This document shows, in pieces, positions 1 to 7,750 of a DNA stretch of 63,503 nucleotides. Origin of the DNA: Candidatus Omnitrophota bacterium (GTDB lineage: Bacteria > Omnitrophota > Gorgyraeia > 1-14-0-20-64-10); assembly GCA_016177405.1 (NCBI GenBank), contig JACOVG010000009.1, positions 1 through 63,503 on the forward strand. Reading direction: 5' to 3'. Within the stretch, counting starts at the first letter, position 1, and every line of letters starts with the position of its first letter. A model generated the notes under the pieces. The model made no database searches. It was given only the letters and a program-made list of their open reading frames with translations, and was not told the origin of the DNA. The position numbers and the translations under genes were made by a program.

Positions 1-117
1 CGCGTTTCCCCCCTGGAACGGGTTCCGGCCGTTGAACGTCAGACGCTGCCCCAGCATGCTGCCAGAGAACACTGGACAGCGGTGATTCGGCGTGCGTGGG
101 AACGGCAGGAACTCGTT

Positions 118-189
118 GGGCCGATAGCTCAGTGGGAAGAGCACCAGACTTTTAATCTGTGGAGCAGAGTTCGAATCTCTGTCGGCCCA
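118..189 (+). tRNA. tRNA-Lys (anticodon UUU)
   Basis: 72-nt cloverleaf: acceptor GGGCCGA/TCGGCCC, T-loop TTCGAAT, anticodon loop CTTTTAA. The ORF-track entry 82..624 runs through it, so its first 40 codons are not coding. Confidence 0.85.
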
Positions 190-201
190 CGGAATTATTT
201 C

Positions 202-624
202 ATGATTCCTTACGAGATCACCGAGCACACCGCCGAAATCGGGGTCCGGGCCTATGGGCGAACGCGGGAGGAGCTCTTCGCCCACATGGCCCAGGGGATG
301 ATGAGTCTCATGGTTCCGCCTGCCCAGATCAAACCCGCCGTCACCTATTCCGTCAAGGCCTCCGCCGCCAACGATGAGGAGCGCCTGCTTGTGGCCTGGC
401 TCAAAGAGCTTTTGTACCTGTTTGCCGTGAAGAAGCTGATCGGCAAGACGTTCAAGATCCGGCGGCTTACGGCCGGTTGCGTGGAGGCCGAGGTGTCCGG
501 CGAGAAGCTGGATCTTGCCCGGCACGAGGTGGATAAGGAGGTCAAGGCGGTCACCTACTGCGAGTTAAGCCTCACGCGGGGCGCGGATGGGCTCTGGAGC
601 GCCCAGGTGATCTTCGACATATAA
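202..624 (+). CDS. archease (RtcB activator)
   Basis: Starts MIPYEITEHTAEIGVRAYG, typical archease N-terminus. About 140 aa, 8 nt upstream of rtcB. Start moved to the first ATG after the tRNA. Confidence 0.8.
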   Translation: MIPYEITEHTAEIGVRAYGRTREELFAHMAQGMMSLMVPPAQIKPAVTYSVKASAANDEERLLVAWLKELLYLFAVKKLIGKTFKIRRLTAGCVEAEVSGEKLDLARHEVDKEVKAVTYCELSLTRGADGLWSAQVIFDI

Positions 625-631
625 TCCGTTC

Positions 632-2089
632 ATGGAGCCGCAGCCGATTCAGGTTAAGAAACTCGACGATTACCGCTGGGAGATCCCGAAAGGGGCCAGG
701 CCCGGCATGCGGGTGCCGGGGCTCATCTTCGCCGACGAGGCCCTGATGAAGAATATCCTTAGCGATAAATCCTTGGAGCAGGTGGCCAACGTGGCCACCC
801 TGCCGGGGATCGTCAAGGCCTCCATGGCGATGCCCGACATCCACTGGGGCTACGGTGCCCCCGTCGGCGGGGTGGCCGCCACCGACCCGGAAGCCGGCGG
901 CGTCATTTCTCCCGGTTTAATTGGATATGACATCAATTGCGGCGTCAGACTTTTGCGGACGAATTTGACCGAGGCCGAGGTCCGGCCGGTTTTGAGGAAC
1001 CTCGTGAACCAGCTCTTTCGGGACATCCCCTGCGGGGTGGGGGCCGGCGGCGACATCAAATTCTCCAAAGACCAAGAGCGCAGAATCTTGACGGACGGCG
1101 CCCAATGGATTGTGAAGCAGGGCTACGGCACGGCCAGCGACGTCGAGCACACCGAGGCGCGCGGCCGTTTGGAGGGGGCCGACCCGGACAAGCTTTCCGA
1201 CCGGGCCTACGAGCGGGGAAAAGGGCAGGTGGGGACGCTGGGATCCGGCAACCATTTCCTGGAAGTCCAGGTGGTGGACCAGATCTTCGACGAGAAGGCG
1301 GCCCAGGTGTTCGGACTGCGCGAGGGGTCGGTGACCGTCATGATCCATTCCGGTTCGCGCGGCCTGGGCTACCAGGTCTGCGACGATTACCTGGAGGCGG
1401 CGGGAAGGGCCTGCGCCAAGTACGGGATCTCGCTTGTCGATAGACAGCTCGTCTGCGCTCCTGTAAACTCTCCTGAAGGGCGGGATTACCTGGCCGCCAT
1501 GCGCGCCGCGGCCAACTATGCCTGGGCCAACCGCCAGCTTCTGATGCACCGGGCCCGGGAGGTTTTTGAGCGGATCTTCAGCCAGGGCTGGACCAAGCTC
1601 GGCATGTCGCTCATCTACGACGTGGCCCACAACATCGCCAAGATGGAGAGCTACGAGATGGACGGAAAGGAGAAGACCCTCTGCGTGCATCGCAAGGGGG
1701 CCACCCGGGCCTTCCCGCCGGGGCATCCGGAACTGCCGGAGGATTACCGCCCCCTCGGCCAGCCGGTCATCATCCCCGGCGACATGGGGCGCAACTCCTA
1801 CCTCTTGCTCGGCAGCGCCGGGGCCATCACCGGCTCCTTCGGTTCAGCCTGCCATGGGGCCGGGCGGGTGATGTCCCGGACGGCCGCCGTCCGCTCGGCC
1901 AAGGGGCGCTCGATCCGGCAGGAGCTGGAGGCCAAGGGGATCATCGCCATGGCGCGAGGCCGCGCCGGCCTGGATGAGGAACAGCCCTCCGCCTACAAGG
2001 ATGTCAACGACGTGGTCCGGGTGGTTCACGAGGCCGGCCTCTCCAAGCGGGTGGCCCGGATGCGTCCCATCGGAGTCATCAAGGGATGA
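632..2089 (+). CDS. rtcB: RNA-splicing ligase RtcB
   Basis: 485 aa. Contains GYDINCGVR, GSGNHFLEVQ, HSGSRGLG and GDMG strings characteristic of RtcB; archease neighbour. Confidence 0.9.
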   Translation: MEPQPIQVKKLDDYRWEIPKGARPGMRVPGLIFADEALMKNILSDKSLEQVANVATLPGIVKASMAMPDIHWGYGAPVGGVAATDPEAGGVISPGLIGYDINCGVRLLRTNLTEAEVRPVLRNLVNQLFRDIPCGVGAGGDIKFSKDQERRILTDGAQWIVKQGYGTASDVEHTEARGRLEGADPDKLSDRAYERGKGQVGTLGSGNHFLEVQVVDQIFDEKAAQVFGLREGSVTVMIHSGSRGLGYQVCDDYLEAAGRACAKYGISLVDRQLVCAPVNSPEGRDYLAAMRAAANYAWANRQLLMHRAREVFERIFSQGWTKLGMSLIYDVAHNIAKMESYEMDGKEKTLCVHRKGATRAFPPGHPELPEDYRPLGQPVIIPGDMGRNSYLLLGSAGAITGSFGSACHGAGRVMSRTAAVRSAKGRSIRQELEAKGIIAMARGRAGLDEEQPSAYKDVNDVVRVVHEAGLSKRVARMRPIGVIKG

Positions 2090-2097
2090 AGATCAAG

Positions 2098-2150
2098 GTG
2101 TCATTCCCGCGCAAGCGGGAATCCGATCCTCGCTTTCGCGAGGATGACGG
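2098..2150. repeat. REP-like double hairpin (GTCAT...ATGAC family)
   Basis: ATTCCCGC-gcaa-GCGGGAAT followed by ATCCTCGC-tttc-GCGAGGAT, flanked by GTCAT/ATGAC. Same unit types recur at 4306-4475, 13751-13818 and 21192-21300. Confidence 0.7.
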
Positions 2151-2161
2151 TTGCCTTCACC

Positions 2162-3439
2162 ATGCTTGACCTTAAACTGATTCGCGCCGAACCGGAGCGG
2201 GTCCGGCAGGCCCTGGCCAGCCGCAGCACCTCCTTCGACCTGGACGGCCTCCTGAAGCAGGAGGCCCAACTGCGCCGGCTCACCCAGGAGCTGGAAAAGC
2301 TTCTGCACGAGAAGGGAACCGCCTCCGACGAGGTGGGTCGCTTGAAGCGGGAGGGAAAGTCCGTGGAAAAGCAGTTGGCCGATCTGAAGGAGCTTTCCGG
2401 CCAAGAGGATAAGCTCTCGGCCCAAACCAACGAGCTGGAAACCGCCATCCGCCAACAGCTCCTGTTGATCCCCAATCTGCCCCACGCCTCCCTTCCGGCG
2501 GGGCCGGGGCCCAAGGCCAACCGGGTGGTGAGGAACGTCGGCGAGCCGAAGAAATTCTCCTTCGCCCCGCGCGCCCACATGGAGCTGGCGGAATCCCTGG
2601 GGCTGATTGACTTTGCCCGGGCATCCAAGGTGGCCGGTTCCCATTTCATCCTGTTCACCGGGCGGGGGGCCCGGCTGGAGAGGGCCCTCATCAACTTCAT
2701 GCTGGACCTCCACACGAAGGAGCACGGCTACGTGGAGATCTCTCCGCCCTACCTGGTCAACCGGGCCGCCATGACCGGCACCGGACAGCTTCCGAAGTTC
2801 GAGGAGGACCTCTACCGCCTGCGCGACGACGATCTCTTCCTGGTTCCCACCGCCGAGGTTCCGGTGACCAACCTCCATGCCGGCGAGGTTCTGGAGGCCA
2901 AGGCCCTGCCCAGGCGCTACGCCGCCTACACGGCCTGCTTCCGCCGGGAGGCCGGCTCCTACGGCAGCCAGACCAAGGGCCTCACCCGGGTCCACCAGTT
3001 CGACAAGGTGGAGCTCGTGAAGTTCACCGCGGCGGAGAGCTCCTACGACGAGCTGGAAAAGCTGACGGCCGACGCCGAGCGCGTGCTTGGGCTCCTGGAG
3101 CTTTCCTACCGGGTGGTCCTGCTTTCGACGGGAGACCTGGGGTTTTCCTCGGCCAAGACGTACGACCTGGAGGCCCACTCGCCCGGCACCGACACGTGGC
3201 TCGAGGTTTCCAGCTGCAGCAACTTCGAGGAGTTCCAGGCCCGGCGGGCCAACATCCGCTATCGGGATGCCGCCACGAAAAAGCTCAAGTTCGTCCATAC
3301 CTTAAACGGCTCCGGGGTGGCTCTGGCCAGAACGGTGATCGCCCTCCTGGAACAGCACCAGAACCGGGACGGCTCGGTCGCGATTCCGAAGGCCCTTCAG
3401 CCTTACCTCGACGGGCTGACCCTGCTCACCCCGCCTTAA
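2162..3439 (+). CDS. serS: seryl-tRNA synthetase
   Basis: MLDLKLIR N-terminus, coiled-coil arm, class II core strings (TGQLPKFEEDLY, FRREAGS, GSGVALARTV). Start set at the canonical MLDLK ATG. Confidence 0.9.
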   Translation: MLDLKLIRAEPERVRQALASRSTSFDLDGLLKQEAQLRRLTQELEKLLHEKGTASDEVGRLKREGKSVEKQLADLKELSGQEDKLSAQTNELETAIRQQLLLIPNLPHASLPAGPGPKANRVVRNVGEPKKFSFAPRAHMELAESLGLIDFARASKVAGSHFILFTGRGARLERALINFMLDLHTKEHGYVEISPPYLVNRAAMTGTGQLPKFEEDLYRLRDDDLFLVPTAEVPVTNLHAGEVLEAKALPRRYAAYTACFRREAGSYGSQTKGLTRVHQFDKVELVKFTAAESSYDELEKLTADAERVLGLLELSYRVVLLSTGDLGFSSAKTYDLEAHSPGTDTWLEVSSCSNFEEFQARRANIRYRDAATKKLKFVHTLNGSGVALARTVIALLEQHQNRDGSVAIPKALQPYLDGLTLLTPP

Positions 3440-3446
3440 AAGCCCC

Positions 3447-4109
3447 ATGCTGGCCAAGATCGCGCGGCTCACGTTGGGGCTCGGGCTCATTCCCGCGGTC
3501 ATCGGGTTTGGGGTCTCGTTTTATGGCCAACTCCTCCAGATCCGGCAGGTGCAGACGCCGGAGATCATCTTCCTCTTGGGGATCACCGGCTACCTCGCCT
3601 TTCACGCGCTGATCGCGCCGCCCAGCCGGGCCTATGTCTTTGGCCACGAGCTGACCCATGCCGCCGCCACCTGGGTTTCAGGGGGCCAGGTGAAGGGTTT
3701 CAAGGCGGGGGCGAAGAAGGGGGCCGTCGCGGTGAACAAGGTGACCGGGTTGATCGCCCTGGCCCCGTACCTCATCCCGGTCTATGCCGTGCTCTGGGCC
3801 CTCGGGTTTGGGGCGGCCGGGCTCTTCTGGAACGTGAAGCCCTGGGCCGCCTGGTTCTTCTTTGGGCTGGGGGCCGCGCTCACGTTTCACCTCGTCTTCA
3901 CGGTGACCGCCCTCAAACAGAAGCAGTCGGACCTGGAGGTCCTGGGGCCGGTCCTGTCGCTGGTCCTGATCCTTTTTGGCAATGTATCCTTGGTGATGGC
4001 GGTCTTGGGCCTCTTGATCCCGGAGGTCGGCTTCGGGGCCTATTGGGCCGGCGGCCTCCACCGCTCCCTGGAGCTCTACCGCGCCATCTTCACCCAGCTT
4101 TTCTTTTAA
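3447..4109 (+). CDS. polytopic membrane protein with HExxH motif (putative M50B-like metalloprotease)
   Basis: About six hydrophobic segments and FGHELTHAAA. Family assignment is tentative. Confidence 0.4.
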   Translation: MLAKIARLTLGLGLIPAVIGFGVSFYGQLLQIRQVQTPEIIFLLGITGYLAFHALIAPPSRAYVFGHELTHAAATWVSGGQVKGFKAGAKKGAVAVNKVTGLIALAPYLIPVYAVLWALGFGAAGLFWNVKPWAAWFFFGLGAALTFHLVFTVTALKQKQSDLEVLGPVLSLVLILFGNVSLVMAVLGLLIPEVGFGAYWAGGLHRSLELYRAIFTQLFF

Positions 4110-4197
4110 GGAGGGGTGCCGGAGTGGACGAACGGAGCGGTCCTGAAAACCGCCGAGGTCCTCGTGATCTCCGTAGGTTCGAATCCTACCCCCTCCG
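4110..4197 (+). tRNA. tRNA-Ser (anticodon UGA), class II long variable arm, C at position 33
   Basis: GGAGGGG/CCCCTCC acceptor, long variable arm, T-loop TTCGAAT, anticodon stem GCGGT/ACCGC with loop CCTGAAA. Starts 1 nt after the preceding stop codon. Confidence 0.75.
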
Positions 4198-4305
4198 TTT
4201 CGTAGATCACTCGACCATTGACCGGACTGGGAAGATACAGCCGACTTGCTGGACACTTGACATCCTGGAGTCGGCTGCATCTCGGCCTCTCCGTTTCGCC
4301 CGCCC

Positions 4306-4475
4306 CGTCATTGCGAGGCCCCGAAGGGGCCGAAGCAATCCCCGTTCGTCCTAAGCTTGTCGAAGGATGAACGTCATTCCCGCCCTCGATGTCATCCCCG
4401 ACTCGATCGGGGATCGGTCTCGAGGGCAGGCTCCAGCGGGAATCTCGTCATTGCGAAGGGCCGAAGCAGCCTCCC
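4306..4475. repeat. cluster of nested REP-like hairpins
   Basis: GTCATTGCGAGG..CGAAGCAATC (4307-4340). GTCATTCCCGC...GCGGGAATC contains a complete GTCATCCCCG..CGGGGATC unit (4391-4415) in its loop. A further GTCATTGCGAAGG copy follows. The ORF-track entries 4043..4643 here are translations of these repeats. Confidence 0.7.
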
Positions 4476-4499
4476 CTCGATTCTATGGCCTGCAGGGTA

Positions 4500-4606
4500 T
4501 ATACTGGTGCCAGCAAAAGGGGCCATTTCGGCACCAGTTACCTATGTTTAGGTTATGCCCTACAGGGTATAGAATGGAATGTATTTTCTGCCAGTAACCG
4601 TTTAGG
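4500..4606. repeat. island-1 left boundary repeats (B-type palindrome plus CAGTAACCGTTTAGG)
   Basis: TACTGGTGCC...GGCACCAGTTACC palindrome followed by GTTTAGG (4500-4552), then CAGTAACCGTTTAGG at 4592-4606. The latter is repeated as CAGTAACGGTTTTAGG at 11591-11606. Confidence 0.6.
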
Positions 4607-4620
4607 ATGCCTGACAAATT

Positions 4621-5751
4621 ATGAAAAATTTGTTTCCGGGTAAAACAATCTATGTGCTTGGGGCAGGCGCATCTATGCACACGGGGGCGCCACTCCTGAA
4701 CGATTTTCTAGCCCGGTCGCGGTCCCTGGTGGCGGGCAACAGCGGTTTGAAGTGGAAACCTGCCTTCGAGAACGTGCTGAGCTGGGTTGATTCCCTTCGA
4801 TCGCCAGCGTATTACCTCGACCTCGATCTCGACAATCTGGAGCATATCTTTTCGTTGATCGCCATGATGCAGGAAGTTAGTGAACCGCATGCAGACGAGT
4901 ATTACTCTGACATGTCAAAGTTGGTTTTTGAAACACTGGATAAAGAGTGTCAAGTCCAGCGGGCGGGCGGCCGTTACAATCCGGACCGTGTATATGAAAG
5001 GTTTGCGAAGCACGTAATGGATAGCAATGAAGAACGCAAACTTTCGATGCCCCAGTCCCAAGATGTTATCGTGACTCTGAACTACGACGTTTTGCTTGAC
5101 TATGTATTTTGGTTTGCATATTCAGGTTGTGATTACTGTCTTACCAAAAGCCGCGGGGAAGGGATTAGGTTGCTAAAACTCCATGGCTCAATGAACTGGG
5201 GTAGGCACCGGACGTGCGATGCGGAAGAAGGGAAACAGATTCAGGTTGTCAGAGCGAGTCCGATTGCAGATGGCCACCGCTGGATCTCACACGACGAAGA
5301 GAAAAGCCAAATCTTGCCATTTCAGATGTTTACCCATACGTTATATTACACTAAATGCAGGGGGTGCAAGAAAGACGGTGTTCTGGAACCCGTTTTTATT
5401 CCACCGACCTGGTTTAAAAGTTGCAGGGAGGAGCAGATCGATAATGTTTGGAAGCAAGCTGTAGAGGAGTTTAAAACAGCGCGTCAGATAGTAATAGTGG
5501 GGTATTCGCTTCCTCCAACAGATACTTTCTTGCCCTATTTATTGATGTTGGGTCTCGCGAACAACGCTGGATTGTATCGTGTTGTTGTGGTGAATCCGGA
5601 CAATCGAAATGATTTGCGTTCACGTTATGAGCGAATGTTCTCGAGAAACATGAGTGAACGCGGCCGATTGCAGTTCATGCCAATTGCGTTTGAGGTTTTT
5701 GTCGAAAGGTATTTGAGAGCTATTAGCGAAGGAGCACCAATAGAGGCTTGA
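4621..5751 (+). CDS. stand-alone SIR2-like (SIR2_2-type) protein, predicted NADase effector
   Basis: 376 aa. YVLGAGAS glycine loop, TLNYD Asn motif and LLKLHGSMNW (His188 at 5182-5184). Clear paralogue of 10547..11572. Confidence 0.7.
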   Translation: MKNLFPGKTIYVLGAGASMHTGAPLLNDFLARSRSLVAGNSGLKWKPAFENVLSWVDSLRSPAYYLDLDLDNLEHIFSLIAMMQEVSEPHADEYYSDMSKLVFETLDKECQVQRAGGRYNPDRVYERFAKHVMDSNEERKLSMPQSQDVIVTLNYDVLLDYVFWFAYSGCDYCLTKSRGEGIRLLKLHGSMNWGRHRTCDAEEGKQIQVVRASPIADGHRWISHDEEKSQILPFQMFTHTLYYTKCRGCKKDGVLEPVFIPPTWFKSCREEQIDNVWKQAVEEFKTARQIVIVGYSLPPTDTFLPYLLMLGLANNAGLYRVVVVNPDNRNDLRSRYERMFSRNMSERGRLQFMPIAFEVFVERYLRAISEGAPIEA

Positions 5752-5766
5752 TGGGGAGTAATTTCT

Positions 5767-5976
5767 GTGGACGCGAAGAAGCTCGGTAAGAAGATCAAGC
5801 TGGCCCGGGTGGAGCTGGATCTCACCCAAACCCAGCTTGCCCGGAAGATCGGCGCCAGGCAGAAAAGCATCTCCCGCTACGAGGCAGGGAAGTCAGTCCC
5901 CAAGGTTGAAACCCTTACAAAACTTGCCAGGGCTCTCAAGAAGCCGGCGGCGCATTTCTTGGATGAAACGGCATAA
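5767..5976 (+). CDS. XRE-family HTH regulator (C-protein-like controller)
   Basis: 69 aa, GTG start. LTQTQLARKIGARQKSISRYEAGKSVP helix-turn-helix. Directly precedes or overlaps the methyltransferase gene. Confidence 0.75.
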   Translation: MDAKKLGKKIKLARVELDLTQTQLARKIGARQKSISRYEAGKSVPKVETLTKLARALKKPAAHFLDETA

Positions 5977-7750
5977 CTGCATGTCACGCACTGGTAGATC
6001 TTCCCAATTGGCTCGCCCAAGTCAGCCAAAAGTGAGCACAGAAATTTTTACACAGCTATGTACCAATCAGAGGCCTACGGCAAAGAGCCAAAATTATCAG
6101 ATATGGAGCAAGGAAGAGCTTATAAGGGAAATCCAGAAGCTCGCAAAGCGGAAGAAGTATGGTGTTGTTTGGGAGGATAAACCTGAAGCAGTAGCTGATT
6201 TGTGCAAGGAAAAACTTCCTGTCTTGGCGGAGGATGAATTAAAGGCGGTTGTTTCAACCGAAGATGCGCCGGTGAACATATTGATCGAGGGAGATAATTA
6301 CCACGCCCTCTCGGTCTTGAACTACACCCATAAGGGCAGGGTGGACGTGATCTACATTGACCCGCCATTCAATACAGGGAATCAGAGCTGGAAGTACAAC
6401 AACGATTATGTTGAGAAGGATGATCAATGGAAACACAGCAAGTGGCTCTCATTCATGGACAAGAGGTTGCGATTGGCAAAGAGGTTGCTTGCTCCCAAAG
6501 GTGTGCTGATCTGCGCTATAGATCACAACGAGCAGGAAGGGCTCGGGCTGTTATTGCAGGAATTGTTTCCGAGCAAGGAAATAACCTGTGTGACGATCGT
6601 CCATAATCCAAGAGGAATACAGGGAAAGAATTTTGCCTATTGCCATGAATATGCCTATTTCGTCTATCCTCCCGGAGACAGCATCGGTAGAAAGCAGAGA
6701 CAGGAAGAAGACAAGGAATTTATGAACCTGAGGAACTGGGGTGGGGCTTCACGACGACGGGATGGGAAGAGCCTGTTCTACCCGATCTACTTCAAGAAGG
6801 GGAAGCTCATAAAAATCGGCGAGGTTCCTCAAGACAGCTTCCATCCAAAAAAGGCATACCTTGAATCCAAGGATGGTGTTGTAGAAATCTGGCCCATTGA
6901 TAACAAGGGAATAGAAAGAAAGTGGAGATATTCTCGGGCGTCTCTTGCGGAGCTCACCGAAGACTTACGACTGGCTTCCGTTGGAGGAGCGCTCCAGGTT
7001 CAACTGCTCAAGGATGAGGATAGGTACAAGACTGTCTGGATTGATACGAAATATGACGCCAATGCCTATGGAACGCAGTTAGTCCGAGAGCTCATCGGGA
7101 AGGAATTCCCCTTCCCAAAATCCCTCTATACAGTGAAGGAATGCTTGAACGCGGTTGCTTTGCACAACAAGAACGCGACGGTTCTGGATTTCTTCGCCGG
7201 CTCAGGTACGACTGGTCATGCCGTGTTGGAAATGAACAGAGCGGACGAGGGCGAGAGACGATTCATCTTGTGTACGAATAACGAGGGAAATATCTGCACA
7301 GAAATATGCCATCCTCGCATCAAGAAGGTTATCCAACAGTTAACGAAAGAAGCAAGGGGGGAAGCTGGTTCAGGCCGTCCGGGAGGCCTAAAATATTTCA
7401 GGACGGATTTTGTTGAGGCAACTCCTACTGACAAGAACAAGAAGCGTCTTGTAGACAAATCCACAGAAATGCTCTGCCTGAAGGAGGATTGCTTTGACGA
7501 GGTGAAGCGGACTGTGGACTACGCGATCTTTAGGAACGAGCAGGGTAAGCATCTTGGCATTGTTTATGAGGATGACGGGATTGAATCATTCAAAAGGGAA
7601 GTGAAAAGACTAAGTAGACAAACGGTTGTTTATGTTTTCTCCCTTGACGAGAGTGCGAGGGAAGAGGAGTTTGAGGATGTGCGCCTCCTTGTAGACCTGA
7701 AGCCCATCCCGGCAGTGATCTTGAACGTCTACAAGAGGATTTTCAAATGA
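5963..7750 (+). CDS. mod: type III R-M methyltransferase (Mod), beta-class N6A/N4C MTase
   Basis: IYIDPPFNTG (motif IV) precedes VLDFFAGSGTTGHA (motif I). The ORF-track start 5837 overlaps the HTH gene in another frame; in-frame ATGs at 5963 or 5981 are more plausible. Confidence 0.8.
   Translation: MKRHNCMSRTGRSSQLARPSQPKVSTEIFTQLCTNQRPTAKSQNYQIWSKEELIREIQKLAKRKKYGVVWEDKPEAVADLCKEKLPVLAEDELKAVVSTEDAPVNILIEGDNYHALSVLNYTHKGRVDVIYIDPPFNTGNQSWKYNNDYVEKDDQWKHSKWLSFMDKRLRLAKRLLAPKGVLICAIDHNEQEGLGLLLQELFPSKEITCVTIVHNPRGIQGKNFAYCHEYAYFVYPPGDSIGRKQRQEEDKEFMNLRNWGGASRRRDGKSLFYPIYFKKGKLIKIGEVPQDSFHPKKAYLESKDGVVEIWPIDNKGIERKWRYSRASLAELTEDLRLASVGGALQVQLLKDEDRYKTVWIDTKYDANAYGTQLVRELIGKEFPFPKSLYTVKECLNAVALHNKNATVLDFFAGSGTTGHAVLEMNRADEGERRFILCTNNEGNICTEICHPRIKKVIQQLTKEARGEAGSGRPGGLKYFRTDFVEATPTDKNKKRLVDKSTEMLCLKEDCFDEVKRTVDYAIFRNEQGKHLGIVYEDDGIESFKREVKRLSRQTVVYVFSLDESAREEEFEDVRLLVDLKPIPAVILNVYKRIFK

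Noticed and set aside
82-201. N-terminal 40 codons of ORF 82..624
   Set aside because: They overlap tRNA-Lys (118-189). The archease homology starts at the ATG at 202.
2093-3298. Long antisense ORFs in GC-rich genes (2093..3298-, 11892..13325-, 15155..16036-, 16763..18067-, 42726..44468-, 51895..53199-, 56242..57705-, 58102..59613-, 59640..61370+ and similar)
   Set aside because: They lie opposite ORFs with unmistakable conserved motifs and have Arg/Gly/Pro-rich composition typical of stop-codon-poor antisense frames in high-GC DNA.
4043-4680. Cluster of 60-100-aa ORFs on both strands (4043..4354, 4357..4551, 4367..4597, 4389..4643, 4483..4680)
   Set aside because: They are translations of the tRNA-Ser gene and of REP-like/B-type repeats (for example VIARPRRGRSNP from GTCATTGCGAGG...), with mutually overlapping frames and no RBS.
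5837-5962. Upstream extension of the Mod ORF
   Set aside because: It overlaps the XRE HTH gene in another frame and is Arg/Ser/Pro-rich nonsense. In-frame ATGs at 5963 or 5981 fit better.
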